Assembly (NCBI GenBank): GCA_010093995.1
Contig: ML992503.1
Location: 347,662 to 411,661 of the forward strand
Length of the DNA stretch: 64,000 bases
Direction of reading: 5' to 3'
From: Elsinoe ampelina
Taxonomy: Eukaryota
Made by a program: the position numbers and the translations under genes
The notes under the pieces: generated by a model
What the model was told of the DNA's origin: nothing
What the model saw: only the letters and a program-made list of their open reading frames with translations
Database searches by the model: none
Shown here: one piece after another, positions 12,772 to 24,242 of the stretch
Layout: each line of letters opens with the position of its first letter
How positions within the stretch are numbered: the first letter of the stretch is position 1

Positions 12772-14928
12772 GAATGCACGATCTTGTTAGTGTTGTGGAC
12801 CGCGCGTTCAGGGGCAGCAGTGATCCTTTTTCTTCAATAATGAGCGGCAACGAGAGCTCTGACCAAAACAGACTTGCCTTGGTAACGGTCTCAACGGCAC
12901 GAGCGGCGACTCTGGACGACTCTGGACAGCGCAACTCAATGGCCACGGCGATGCCTATTTCAAATATGCTATGAGATTCCAACGGTGGTTGATGGCCGGC
13001 CAACGAGATATGGTTGTTGAAGTTCTTCCAAAAATGGCAATACTGTGAACGCCGTGGTTGTATACATTTCAGCCGCAGAGAGGAAGCTGTGAATGCTCAT
13101 TGTTGACACATCGATTCGCAAGCTGTGGCAAGCAAGACCTATCCCAAGCTATTGATGATGCATTGCGTTTCACTTACATATCGAGTAGCAGATCTCAGAG
13201 CTAGTGAGACCAAGAGCTGTCTGTCTAGAGTGTGTCACTGCCAGACTGGTCCGATTGCGGGAGGGAGAGCTGCGAACGAATGCTGCAATGGTGTTGTGGG
13301 CACAACGGCATCGATGTGTTTGGAGTGCAGTCGTTGACTTCCAACGGTCAACTATCGAGAGCCGTCCAAGGGGCCAGATCCATCTCGGATTGCAGCCAGC
13401 AGGTGCTCAGCTTCAACGCCGAGATTCAACATGCTGGGCAAGCAAGTAGTTCCAGCACACAGCATCAGCAACGTGACTGTACAAAGGTCGAGTATACAGA
13501 CTTGAAATGGCGAAGAAAGGGTGTGTGAGGTGTTCGGCGAGAAGGCTCACAATTTCCGCATTTGGCCTAGACAATTTCGGCAGCTCCCAAATGTGGAGCC
13601 ATTCGGATCTCGCGTCTCGACCTCACCTCATCACTTCCCTTCCTCGACAACCGGACTTGGAGACATCTCTGTGCTATAGACAGCATATCTCAAAATTGTA
13701 CTTCTCCACAAATAGCCAGGACTACGAGCAAATGTGTCACTTGAGCTAATCCCAGGGCTTAGTATTGAATGCAGCCGAGCTGATTTCTTGGACCTATTTC
13801 CACAAGTGGTAGCAGGTATCCATTTCCAGTATCGAGATGCAGCACCATTCAAGTCAGTTTGTGCCGTGCTGGACCTTCCTTCCTCTAGACAACCGTTACG
13901 ATGGCAGTTACTTCCGCTGTCAAGCAAATAGAGATGAAACGGAACAGCAGCTCTTCCAACGATGTCGTTTCTCAGCACAAAGCATCTTTGCAAGAATGGG
14001 AGCCACCTAACCCTTCCGTCGCAGCCGGTGGGCACCCGTATCGTACTATACGACATGGCTCGGCGTTCTTCAGCAAGCCTCCGCTCAGTGCAAGTGGAAA
14101 ACAACCACTTACCCGTCGATACAGAAGGGCAACGGCAAAGTATCAATAAATGCCTGATGTGCGGACACGGTCTGTGAACCGCAACGCCATCGTCCTCGGT
14201 TCTAGGATAGTTAGCAGCGCCTATGATCATTTCAAGGCCCATGAGTTGCGAGCAGTATGACAGAAGCGGGGTAGGATGGACTTCAGTCTAATCGATCCTG
14301 TGGATCAATACTTCTCGGCCCGCACCCTATGATCTACTTCTAGATCTTCATCCGGCAGCAACTTTCGCATTCGGCCACCTCGGACTCCTCCCTTCATTGC
14401 TTGCGTGCAGCAGAAGTGTGCTTTTCGTTTGCGAAGGCAAGTCTTCGCCCCAACTTTCCTGCAGTTTCCACTGCTCGGAACTTGTGGATGCAGCACCGGT
14501 GAATACGAATCGCAAGTCAATCCAGACTCACAGATCTAGACTGCCTCAATAGCAATCAAGCAATGACCAGCGGACATCGCCCCGCGACCAATCAGGCAGG
14601 AGCAAACATCACAGAGAACCTATGGCCAAGACCACAACCGTTTCCCTCGCGACTCACTCGCTCACCTGACGGCTGCAACTCACAAGATGATCTCGCAACT
14701 CCGCCTCGACCACATTCTGTCCCAATTCCCATCAAGCCCAAGACACACCTTATTCCCACACCTACCTGCCTACCTTTCGATGCATTCCAAGATAGTCCAG
14801 ACCGCTTCACCGCCACATCGTTCGAAGCACAATCCGAGACTCAACCCTCACGTTCCCCGATCGCACGTTTGACGAACCCACCGCCTCCTCATAGCCACCC
14901 ACGTCGGCGTTCGCGAAACCACCGGAAG

Positions 14929-14971
14929 CTTGCCACAGACCTTGCCACAGACCTTGCCGCGAGCTTGCGAG
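14929..14971. repeat. Short decaying 12-bp tandem repeat
   Basis: CTTGCCACAGAC twice, then degenerate CTTGCCGCGAG and CTTGCGAG. Confidence 0.7.
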
Positions 14972-15758
14972 CGGGTGAGTCCTTTGTAGGCTATACCTGC
15001 CACTCTTCGGTAGCATGATGTTCCCCGTGGCGAAGGAGGATGTGAGCCCCACAGGCTCATCGTGAGCCGGAGCAGGTAGGTGTTTCTCAATCAAGGTAGA
15101 TTGCTGTTTCACGACGGATGGGTTGGAGGTGAAGTGAATGGCTGCCCCACTGCGCATAGTGGTACCGCATGGTTCCTTGACAGCGTTGGTCTCTGACATC
15201 CATCACTGAATGATATTGTATTGTGACTGCACGGTCCGAAGCCGCCGAGGAGACAACCCTTGGTGCAAGGGAGGTTGCACTCTGTAGCTTCGCAGCTTCA
15301 GGTGTCACGAACTCGCGAGCGTCTTCGGGTTAACGTGGTACGTGCCGGCAAGCCACGGTCTTCTCGAGATGGACATGTACTGAGCCTCCTTATCCAGTCA
15401 GATGATCACCTTTTTGTCGACTTACCTTGGCACCACGAAATCACAGAGCAAGCAAGTGGAAGGGATAGTACAGGCCCCCGTAGGGTACCCTCTGATAACA
15501 ATCGAATGCATTCTATCGTCTATCTGACTGTCTGAGCCACTGGCCTTTGCCGTCCGTCCGTCCGTCCAAAACGCCGTGCATTTCTCATCTCTGCTGTGAA
15601 TCGTCCAGGACAAATGTAGGAAACAGCAAACGTGAGCCGTGGCATCGAGCCGGGGAGATGTGGGTATCTATGCTCTTGGTGCTGGAATTGAAAGCAAAGC
15701 AAAGTGTGGTGAAGTGACTTGGTGCTTGCTTGGGTATGGTCGTGTGAATCGTGTGCGG

Positions 15759-16637
15759 TCAGCCAATGACTTCGGCTTCGCAAAATGCCTTGCTATCGGT
15801 GACGAAACCCATGTTGGTAGCGATGTTATAGTCGCAGACCGCTTGCGCTTCAGGGCTGGTCATTGTTGCCGCGCAGTCGCCGATGAGCACACAGTCCCAG
15901 CCCCAGTTGTAAGCATCGGTGAGTGTGCCGAGAAGACACTGGTCAGTGTTGACACCCGCGAAGAGGAGAGTCTTCTTTCCACTTTCCCTCAGCCACTTGT
16001 GCATCTCGAGCTCGGGGCTCCACAATCCGCTCATACGCGCTTTGTCGAAACAGACATCCTCCGGGGTCATAATCTCCTTGAGTGGTTCGTAAATATCGGC
16101 GTTCCAGGTCCCCTTGAACAAGCATCTTCCTTCGTCGCCCGGCAGAGGCGCGCCCAGACCAACGTGCCAGCCGTGGCCCTTGTCTGCGACCAGTGCGCGA
16201 TTGAAGCCTCGCTGTACCGCTGCCGGCATGACTTTGAGGTCATGGTCGGTGATTCCCCAGTTGACCCAAGCCAGTTGTATCCCTTGCTCCCTGCATCTTT
16301 TGATGACCTTCTTCATGGGCTCGATAGCGGCGATCCCACCTGCGTGCTCACGGTATTTGGGGTGGATAAAGTAGTTCTGCATGTCGATGATGACCAGGAC
16401 AGATTGCGCAGGATCGATCATGACACCGCGGTGATTGCGAATCCCATCGTCAGCGTCGATGATGAGCTTCCGCTTGCTGCCGCGGGACAGATCGAAGCGC
16501 TTGGAAGGGACATGGTAGTACCATTGGTCGTCGCCGCCGAAAGCAACGTGATCGTCGAGATTGTGCTCGACGGCGACAGGATTAAAATCGTGGACGAGGT
16601 GGTTGATATGTTCGACTTCGACAGCGGATGGGGCCAT
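15759..16637 (-). CDS. Isochorismatase-family cysteine hydrolase
   Basis: LVIIDMQNYF (Asp), FDKARMSG (Lys) and FAGVNTDQCL (Cys) catalytic triad; first ATG at 16637 (MAPSAVEVEH). Confidence 0.88.
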   Translation of the reverse strand: MAPSAVEVEHINHLVHDFNPVAVEHNLDDHVAFGGDDQWYYHVPSKRFDLSRGSKRKLIIDADDGIRNHRGVMIDPAQSVLVIIDMQNYFIHPKYREHAGGIAAIEPMKKVIKRCREQGIQLAWVNWGITDHDLKVMPAAVQRGFNRALVADKGHGWHVGLGAPLPGDEGRCLFKGTWNADIYEPLKEIMTPEDVCFDKARMSGLWSPELEMHKWLRESGKKTLLFAGVNTDQCLLGTLTDAYNWGWDCVLIGDCAATMTSPEAQAVCDYNIATNMGFVTDSKAFCEAEVIG

Positions 16638-17729
16638 GAAAGCGGCCTGGAGAAGGCCGCGGAGTAGTGTGAAGGAGTCTGCTTGACGGAGAATATGTCG
16701 CGCAAAGTCCTGCTGGTGACTGTGGCCGTGGAAATCGCTTCTTTGAAGATGTTGTAAATTCGAAAATGTGTCGCGTGCTTGACGGCTGGAAAATTTGGTG
16801 GGCGGGTGGGCTGATTGCGCTGAGGAGGAGCGGGGTGATAAAGAAAGCCTAGAGTGCCACGTGCAGCCGCGACTCGTGGAATGGTCAAAGAAAGTCGAGT
16901 TGATCAAGATTTGTAACCTGTTTGGACTTTGTGCGACGGTGATGTAGAGAAGCAAGAGTATGTCGGAAGGCAAAGGAAATGTGTGGCCTGCGGAAGTTGA
17001 GAGCCTCGCCCTTGATACCACTTACCTTCCCGATAGCGCTGTCCCAGGGGTCTTGATCACGACCCTGCGATAAGGAAACCTGACACATGGCTGAGAGCTG
17101 ATATCACGTCTCGGTCGAACAGGGCTGGTTTTCATGTAATTGTCTGTACATCAGAGACGATACTGCGATGCGACAAATGACACATCTGACGGTACACAAC
17201 GAGGATCCCAGGATTGTCAGGAACACAAATGGTCGCCCCGACCCTGCGTCTTTAATAGCGCGAGGTGCTGCCAATTGCGTGACCGACTGACGCCAGAACA
17301 TGTGAAGAGCCCCTGGGGAGCCAACGCAAACAGGAAAGGCGCGTCTCCTCGGCCGGTGACACGCGAGCCCGGGCGGGAAAATCCCGGCTTGCTGTTCTCG
17401 AGGAGTCCTCTGCCAGTGACGGAAGGGGAGCAGTTCGCCAAGCCCGACCTTTCCAAACAACAAACCTGCACATGTGCACAACCGACCCCTCAACCGAAGA
17501 GCCTCGTGCATCTCACCAGGCGTACAATCACGAAACTCGTGCAGAGCTATCACAAGGCTCGCTGACGGCCGTTGTATCTGCCAACGCCCTCAAGACAGTG
17601 TCTGAACACAACTGCTGCTGAGCTGGTTCGGGATAGGCATCAAAAGCATAGCTTCAAACTTGGCAGTCGGGCGAAAAAGTTGTAACACGACCAAGGAAAG
17701 CTGCAGAGCTTCCAAAGCTCACTACCACC

Positions 17730-20291
17730 ATGGCAGCACTTGGAGAAGATCTTTTGGGGACTGTCAACAAGCTCCAGGATTTGGTCTTCAATACGATTGG
17801 CAATGATTCCTTGGACCTGCCGCAGATTGTGCGCCGTCTCTCATGCTTCATGAATACAGAGGCACTAACACTCATACTAGGTCGTGGTTGGCTCGCAATC
17901 TTCAGGCAAATCGTCTGTACTTGAAAATATTGTCGGAAGAGACTTCCTGCCTCGCGGCAGCGGCATCGTCACACGGCGACCTTTGATCCTTCAACTCATC
18001 AACATACCCAGCAATCGCAGCGACAAGCCCGAGAATGACGAAGTACATGTACCACACACGCCAGCAAGCGTTGCAGGCCAAGATGAGTGGGCAGAGTTCA
18101 ACCACGTTCCCAGTAGGAGATGGTATGATTTCAGCGAGGTCAAGCGGGAGATCGAGAACGAGACAAGCCGCATCGCCGGATCGAACAAGGGCATCAACAG
18201 ACAACCCATCAACCTCAAAATCTATTCATCACACGTGTTGAGCTTGACACTGGTAGATCTACCAGGTCTCACAAAGGTAAGGATGAAATGCCGGACTGAG
18301 CGACACAGCCCTGACAGCTGTAGGTACCTATCGGTGATCAGCCGACGGACATTGAAAGACAAACCCGCAATCTCATCACGGAGTATATCGCCAAACCGAA
18401 CTCGATCATTCTTGCAGTCTCCCCGGCCAATGTCGACCTCGTCAACTCCGAAGCACTCAAGCTTGCGCGGCACGTTGACCCCATGGGAAAGAGGACGATT
18501 GGAGTACTCACAAAGTTGGACTTGATGGATCACGGAACGAACGCGCTGGACATCCTTTCCGGAAGAGTGTACCCTCTCAAGCTTGGTTTTATTGGTGTCG
18601 TGAACCGGTCACAACAAGACATCCAAGGCAACAAGTCGTTGTCAGAAGCCCTTGCAGCAGAGCGTAATTTCTTCAAGATGCACCAAGCATATCGAAACAT
18701 GTCGAATCGCTGCGGGACCCAGTATCTCGCGAGGACTTTGAACACGACGCTCATGGGACATATCCGAGAGCGACTTCCTGATATCAAAGCACGGCTGAAC
18801 ACATTGATGGGTCAAACGCAACAAGAGCTGGCAAGCTACGGCGATGCAGCTTTCACCGGCAAGGAACACCGTGGTTCGCTCGTGCTTCAACTCATGACCC
18901 GTTTCGCCTCCTCGTTTATCTCCTCAATTGACGGTACGTCCTCTGAAATCTCCACGAAGGAGCTTTGCGGTGGTGCCAGGATCTACTACATCTTCAACTC
19001 AGTCTTCGGTAACAGTCTGGAGACAATCGACCCTACCATGAACCTTTCGGTCCAGGATATCCGGACGGCAATCCGCAATTCAACTGGACCGCGCCCGTCA
19101 CTTTTCGTACCTGAGCTCGCATTCGATCTCCTTGTCAAGCCACAAATCAAGCTTCTTGAGATTCCTTCACAACGATGTGTCGAGCTGGTCTACGAAGAGC
19201 TCATCAAGATTGGTCACACATGCGGCTCAACCGAGCTTTCACGATACCCCAAGCTTCAAGGCAAGTTGATCGAAGTAGTCTCAGACCTCCTCCGAGAACG
19301 ACTAGGTCCGGCTTCGTCATATGTCGAATCTCTCATCGCGATCCAACGCGCCTACATCAACACAAATCATCCAAATTTCCTCGGTGCGGCCGCTGCTATG
19401 TCTTCTGTCATTTCTGATAAGGAAGAACGACAAAAGAAGCTACTTCTGGCAGAAGAGCGCAAGAAGCGGGAGAAGCGACGTCAAAAGGAACTCAATGGTA
19501 TCAATGGAGATGGCGCAAACGACATTGCCGAAGAGGACGAGCTGGAAATCCATGGCGAGAAGTCTAGTACGCTACAAATTCGCCACCATGTGGCAAAAGC
19601 ATCAAGAAGCATGTCTCCTGCCGTCAGGTCGGGCAGTCTTGCAAATGGGAACAGGTCAGGATCGCCACAACGACTTGGAACATCAGCAGCGGCAAATGGT
19701 ACAAAGGACAGCTTCCTCAACTATTTCTTCGGCAAGGATGGACCGCAAACAAGTGCTGGACCTCTCCCGAGCCGAGATAGCGCGCTGCAGCCACAACAAC
19801 ATAGGCATGTGAGCCAGAACATCGAGCCTAGTTTTGCGGCTAGTATACGACGAGGCGACACTCGGAAACAAAGCTTCAGCGAGCCGCCAGAAGAACTAGA
19901 CATTGTGCCTGGTGGGGACGGCTTCGTAAGTCGCGTTTGCTATACTACTTCCAAACAAACACTGACCCTATTACAGCCCCTCGAGTCGGACGCCCCGGCT
20001 CTCACAGAACGGGAAGCTCTCGAGACAGAACTCATCCGTCGTCTCATCAGCTCCTACTTCAACATTGTCCGCGAAACCATTGCCGACCAGGTGCCAAAAG
20101 CAGTCATGCACCTTCTGGTCAATCACAGTAAAGATGTCGTTCAGAACCGACTGGTGAGCGAGCTATACAAAGAAGACCTATTTCAGGAGCTACTCTACGA
20201 AGACGACGCAATCAAGAGCGAGAGAGAAAAGTGCGAGAAGTTGTTGAGGACATACAAGGAAGCGGCGAAGATTGTGGGCGAGGTGCTGTAG
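17730..20291 (+). CDS. DNM1: Dynamin-related GTPase Dnm1 (mitochondrial/peroxisomal fission)
   Basis: [40 protein letters not shown] and GED region [18 protein letters not shown]; introns 17829-17880, 18277-18323, 19926-19976. Confidence 0.96.
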
Positions 20292-20691
20292 AGTACATTC
20301 AGGACGGGTGGTGTAGGATAGACGGGCTACGATGGCTTCTATTTGGCGGAGACTGTACGACGTGTACTGTGACGAAAAGACTCGACTCGACGATACTGTT
20401 GATATGCAAATCTCAAGACATGTTGTGTATGCATAACGAAATATTTTCTGTGCCTTCACGTTTCGCTTCTCACGCACAATGAATGCAGCGAGAGGCAGAG
20501 TGAAGCTGGGTTGGAGTGCCGCGATGTATATTCTCGCAGCTATCGTACATTTGAGAAATGCTGTCTAGGCTGGCACGAATCTGTCGCTTCAAGCTGCTCC
20601 TGTGAGGCCCACAAATGGGTTCCCAATTGGCATCTGCTCGTTACTGGTCCGTGTGCCTTGCTTGTCAACTCTGTGTTTTCTCCTAACATGT

Positions 20692-21271
20692 CTATGACTC
20701 GGCCGCCTTTGCCTTCAAAAACGCCTCGAGATCGAACTTGGGGTCTTCCGGATCAGAGATCACTGTGATAGTCAGCTTCTGTCTTTCACACTCATCCATC
20801 TCTGTTATCCTCTCGACGTCCTCACTTCCCTCCATCTTTCCCAACTCCCCCCCACCACCATCCCCCGCTGTGAACGTGGATATCGGAAGTGATAAGAGTA
20901 GACTTACATCCCCCACCGGCAGTCGTGGGCGCCGTCTTCCTCGCAAACTCTGCCTTTGCCTGCGTGATCAACTTTTCTTTCCGCTCGTACTCGTGCTTGG
21001 CCGCGGCTATCCGGTCGGCACTGCGGATGGTGGACGCGTGCCAGGCGCCGTAGAATACGCCGGTTGCGAGGGCGGACCAGCGGAGGACCTGTAGAGGTGG
21101 ATCAGCACTGGGGGGTGAGACGATGAGTGTGGTTCCATGAAGGATACGCAAGACGCGCAAGAGATGGGGTGTTGGAGTGTTGGACAGGAAGACTGGAAGG
21201 CATGTGCGTGGGAAATGGTATTGCGCATTGCGAAGGATAGAGGGACGTACGTTCACCCCCGTGGACGCCAT
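20692..21271 (-). CDS. TIM11: Mitochondrial ATP synthase subunit e (Tim11/Atp21), 3 exons
   Basis: Spliced product MASTGVNVLRWSALATGVFYG...HEYERKEKLITQAKAEF...LISDPEDPKFDLEAFL; introns 21089-21250 and 20763-20907. Confidence 0.88.
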
Positions 21272-21793
21272 TGTGATGGATGTGAAGGGTTGGGAGAGTC
21301 AATCGCAAGCGCAAAGGCTGCTTGAGATCAGAGGTACTGTCGTAAGGTCGGTTATAGGGTACAGGGGCGAGTGTTGTTGCTCTCGCGAGTCGCAATTGTT
21401 GAATCTGTATGGCTGGTAGTTCGCGATGCCGAAAAAGTTGAAGCTCTTCCTCTCCGGCTTGGCGGAACGGCCGAGATGTCCCGATGGGAATTTGGGGGAC
21501 TGTTGGAAGAGGTGACTTTATACGATAACAGCTGGGAAATAGATCTTCGGATACAGCAGAGATGAGACTGACTATCGAGCAAGACATCTAACCTGAAAAC
21601 ATTGTTGCCATTATCTGAAAGACCTTTACCTTCATCACGCACTCGACCATGCTGCAGAGTACCCAACCCCGATATCTCCGACGCTAGACCACCTCCTCCA
21701 AAAATTTCCTGCCCGCACCGCCGCAAAGCTCATACCTCACATCACCGATCCTCCTTCTCACCACATCCCACGCCCACCCCCAAAACCCTCACA

Positions 21794-22753
21794 ATGCTTC
21801 GCACCATCAAGCCCAAAAACGCCCGCTCCAAGCGGGCCCTCGAAAAACGCGCCCCCCTCGCCAGCGAAAACGCCAAACAAACCCTCTTCCTCCGCTACAC
21901 GACCTGCAGCGAACTCGTCCAACTCCTCATGACGGACCTCATCTCCCTCAAACAACCGCTGTGCCTCCGCTTCGACAAGAAAAACACCATCCACCCCTTC
22001 GAAGACGCCAGCTCGCTCGAATTCTTCTCGGAAAAAAACGACACCTCCCTCGTCGTGTACGGCAGCCACTCCAAGAAACGCCCGCATTGCCTCACGCTCG
22101 CGCGCATGTTCGACCATAAAGTCCTGGACATGCTGGAGTTGCTCGTCGAGCCCGAGTCGGCGCGGACGTTGAGGCAGTTCAAGGGGGCGAAGCCGGCGAC
22201 GGGGCTGAAGCCGCTGGTCGGGTTCAGTGGGACCTTGTGGGAGGGTCCCGAGGAGAATGAGTATACGCTTGCGAGGAGTTTGTTGTTGGATTTGATGCGG
22301 GGGGAGGAGACGTGGAATGTGGATGTTGAGGGGTTGCAGTACCTTGTGCATTTCACGGTTGGGGAGCAGGAGGAGGGCAAAGGGAAGCCGATGATTCGCA
22401 TGCGGTGTTATATGATTAAGACGAGGAAGAGTGGGCAGAAGCTGCCGCGGGTGGAGGTCGAGGAGATGGGGCCCAGGGTGGATTTTAGGGTCGGGAGGGT
22501 CAAGGAGGCGGATAAGGAGGTTTGGAAGCAGGCGATGAGGAAGCCGAGGGGGACTGAGGAGAAGAGTAGGAAGAATATTGAGACGGATTTGGTGGGTGAT
22601 AAGGTGGGGAGGATTCATATGGGTAAGCAGAATTTGGCGACTATGCAGACGAGGAAGATGAAGGGTTTGAAGAGGGGTAGGGATGTGGATGAGACATTAC
22701 TGTCGGATGATGGGGAGGACGGTGGGGTGGCGCTGAAGAAGGCGAAAGCATAG
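21794..22753 (+). CDS. RPF2: Brix-domain ribosome biogenesis protein Rpf2
   Basis: MLRTIKPKNARSKRAL, HPFEDASSLEFFSEKND, HSKKRPH, VEVEEMGPR, TRKMKGLKR. Confidence 0.95.
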   Translation: MLRTIKPKNARSKRALEKRAPLASENAKQTLFLRYTTCSELVQLLMTDLISLKQPLCLRFDKKNTIHPFEDASSLEFFSEKNDTSLVVYGSHSKKRPHCLTLARMFDHKVLDMLELLVEPESARTLRQFKGAKPATGLKPLVGFSGTLWEGPEENEYTLARSLLLDLMRGEETWNVDVEGLQYLVHFTVGEQEEGKGKPMIRMRCYMIKTRKSGQKLPRVEVEEMGPRVDFRVGRVKEADKEVWKQAMRKPRGTEEKSRKNIETDLVGDKVGRIHMGKQNLATMQTRKMKGLKRGRDVDETLLSDDGEDGGVALKKAKA

Positions 22754-22843
22754 AACCTTTGCTGTCATTGAGTCTTGCTATTAGCGCGGCGTTTATGGGG
22801 TATCAAAAGGGGTTCTATAGAAGAGAAGGTAGTCGTGGTTCAT

Positions 22844-23937
22844 TCAGCTTGCTTCCACCGTTCCGGGCTTCTCTGTCGCCGCGGCTGGATCGCCTTTTGT
22901 GTCCGGTCGGTTTTGAACGAGACGCTGGATGTGTCAGTCCTTCAAATCGGACAGGGTGCGGGGCAACATACCAAAAGGTTTCGCAACAATATCATGATCG
23001 TCACCTTGCCAACCGCAGGAACATATATCGATGCCTTCTCCTTGATGTCTGGTGTGAAGTTCTGGTCGGGTCAAACCTGCTCTTGTCTTCCGGAATCAAG
23101 ATGACTTACCTTCTCACTGGAGAAGTTGATGCAAACAGCGCCATCCCTGACCTGAGACGTCTTGACTTTGAAGCTGTCTCCTGGCACACCGCTAATGACA
23201 ACATCACTGATGGCCAAACAGTCCTCCATTGTCATTTCGGGTTTGTCTTGAACCTCGTGCTGCTGCTTCCTCAGACCCTTACCTCGACTGAACTGCTGAA
23301 CTCCTGTGACATCGACCGAGTACACTTCAGCACCGTCATTGGCGAGCAAAGCTGCCAAAGGTCGGCCCACGACTTCGGATCTGTTGATGACGGTGATTCT
23401 CCTTCCAAAGAGCCGCTTTCCGTAGTCGAGAAAGGTGTTATAGATCTGCAGATACTCAAGAATCTTGATCATGGCTAGAGGAGTACATGGCAGTATCGAC
23501 TTTTGTGTATTGTGTGGCGGATCCAAGAAGCGAATATTTTGATACATGTTGTTGATGAGTTGAGGAGTCAGACCTTCGACATCCTTGTGGAAATTCACCA
23601 GAGTCTGTATTGATCGATCGCGCGCAGAGTTGAAGACAGGGTAGTAAACGAGGATACCATCGACGCTGTCCTCAGTATTGGCAGCAAGGATTGCATTTTC
23701 GAGATCCTCCTTGTCGACTTCTCGTAGTTTGAAATCAAAGCCATTTTCGAGACATGTTTTGCCTGTCCAGTCTGCATACATTCGTGCCGCAGGATCCCTA
23801 TTTGCCAAATATCCTACTAGTAATGGTTTTCGTGACAATCGTTTGAGGCCATCAGCGACTTCGGTTTGCAACTTTTTTGCTATGCTTCCAGCCAACACGA
23901 CCTTACAGGCGCCGGCGAGCCCGGCAGTGGCAGCCAT
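22844..23937 (-). CDS. MTD1: NAD-dependent methylenetetrahydrofolate dehydrogenase
   Basis: KDVEGL, SILPCTPLAMIKILEYL, INRSEVVGRPLAALLANDGA, CINFSSEK; after two introns, ASIYVPAVGKVTIMILLRNLLRL; stop at 22844. Confidence 0.93.
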
Positions 23938-24242
23938 GACTGTGGTATTTTTCGTGGGATGAGATGAGCTTTAAAATGTCGTCAAGTACAGACTTTGAAC
24001 CGATGTTGAGTGTCAAGAATCGAAGAAACCAAAGGAGCATCTTCCCTATCGCGATTCAGTTTGATCGACTGAAAAATTAGGCATTGACCAATCAGACGTC
24101 GCGGATTTCTCCGGCAGATCGGACCGTCAGCAATTCGACGTCACTTTTGATATCGGCACATGGCGTTTCAATAATTTCCATTGCCATCGGCATATCTCTC
24201 CGACTATTCAGCATTCGTGTTTGGTCATACAGATGCAGGATC

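Noticed and set aside
14563..15018. 151-aa Pro-rich ORF
   Set aside because: No homology cues; may be non-coding; not supported as a CDS.
15639..16667. 342-aa + strand ORF
   Set aside because: Antisense shadow of the isochorismatase-family gene; no motifs of its own.
16880..17730. Possible TPP riboswitch near the leader splice donor
   Set aside because: No conserved TPP aptamer core was found, and the gene is not thiamine-related.
20763..21250. Intronic snoRNA in the long ATP synthase e introns
   Set aside because: No convincing box C/D pair or H/ACA structure visible.
21758..22618. 286-aa antisense ORF over RPF2, and similar ORFs over the lipase, RPB4, RIM15 and the Zn2Cys6 gene
   Set aside because: Stop-poor frames produced by GC-rich skewed composition.
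23938..24242. PAC-like and RRPE-like words in the MTD1/MMS19 divergent promoter
   Set aside because: Only partial matches, and neither gene is a ribosome-biogenesis gene.
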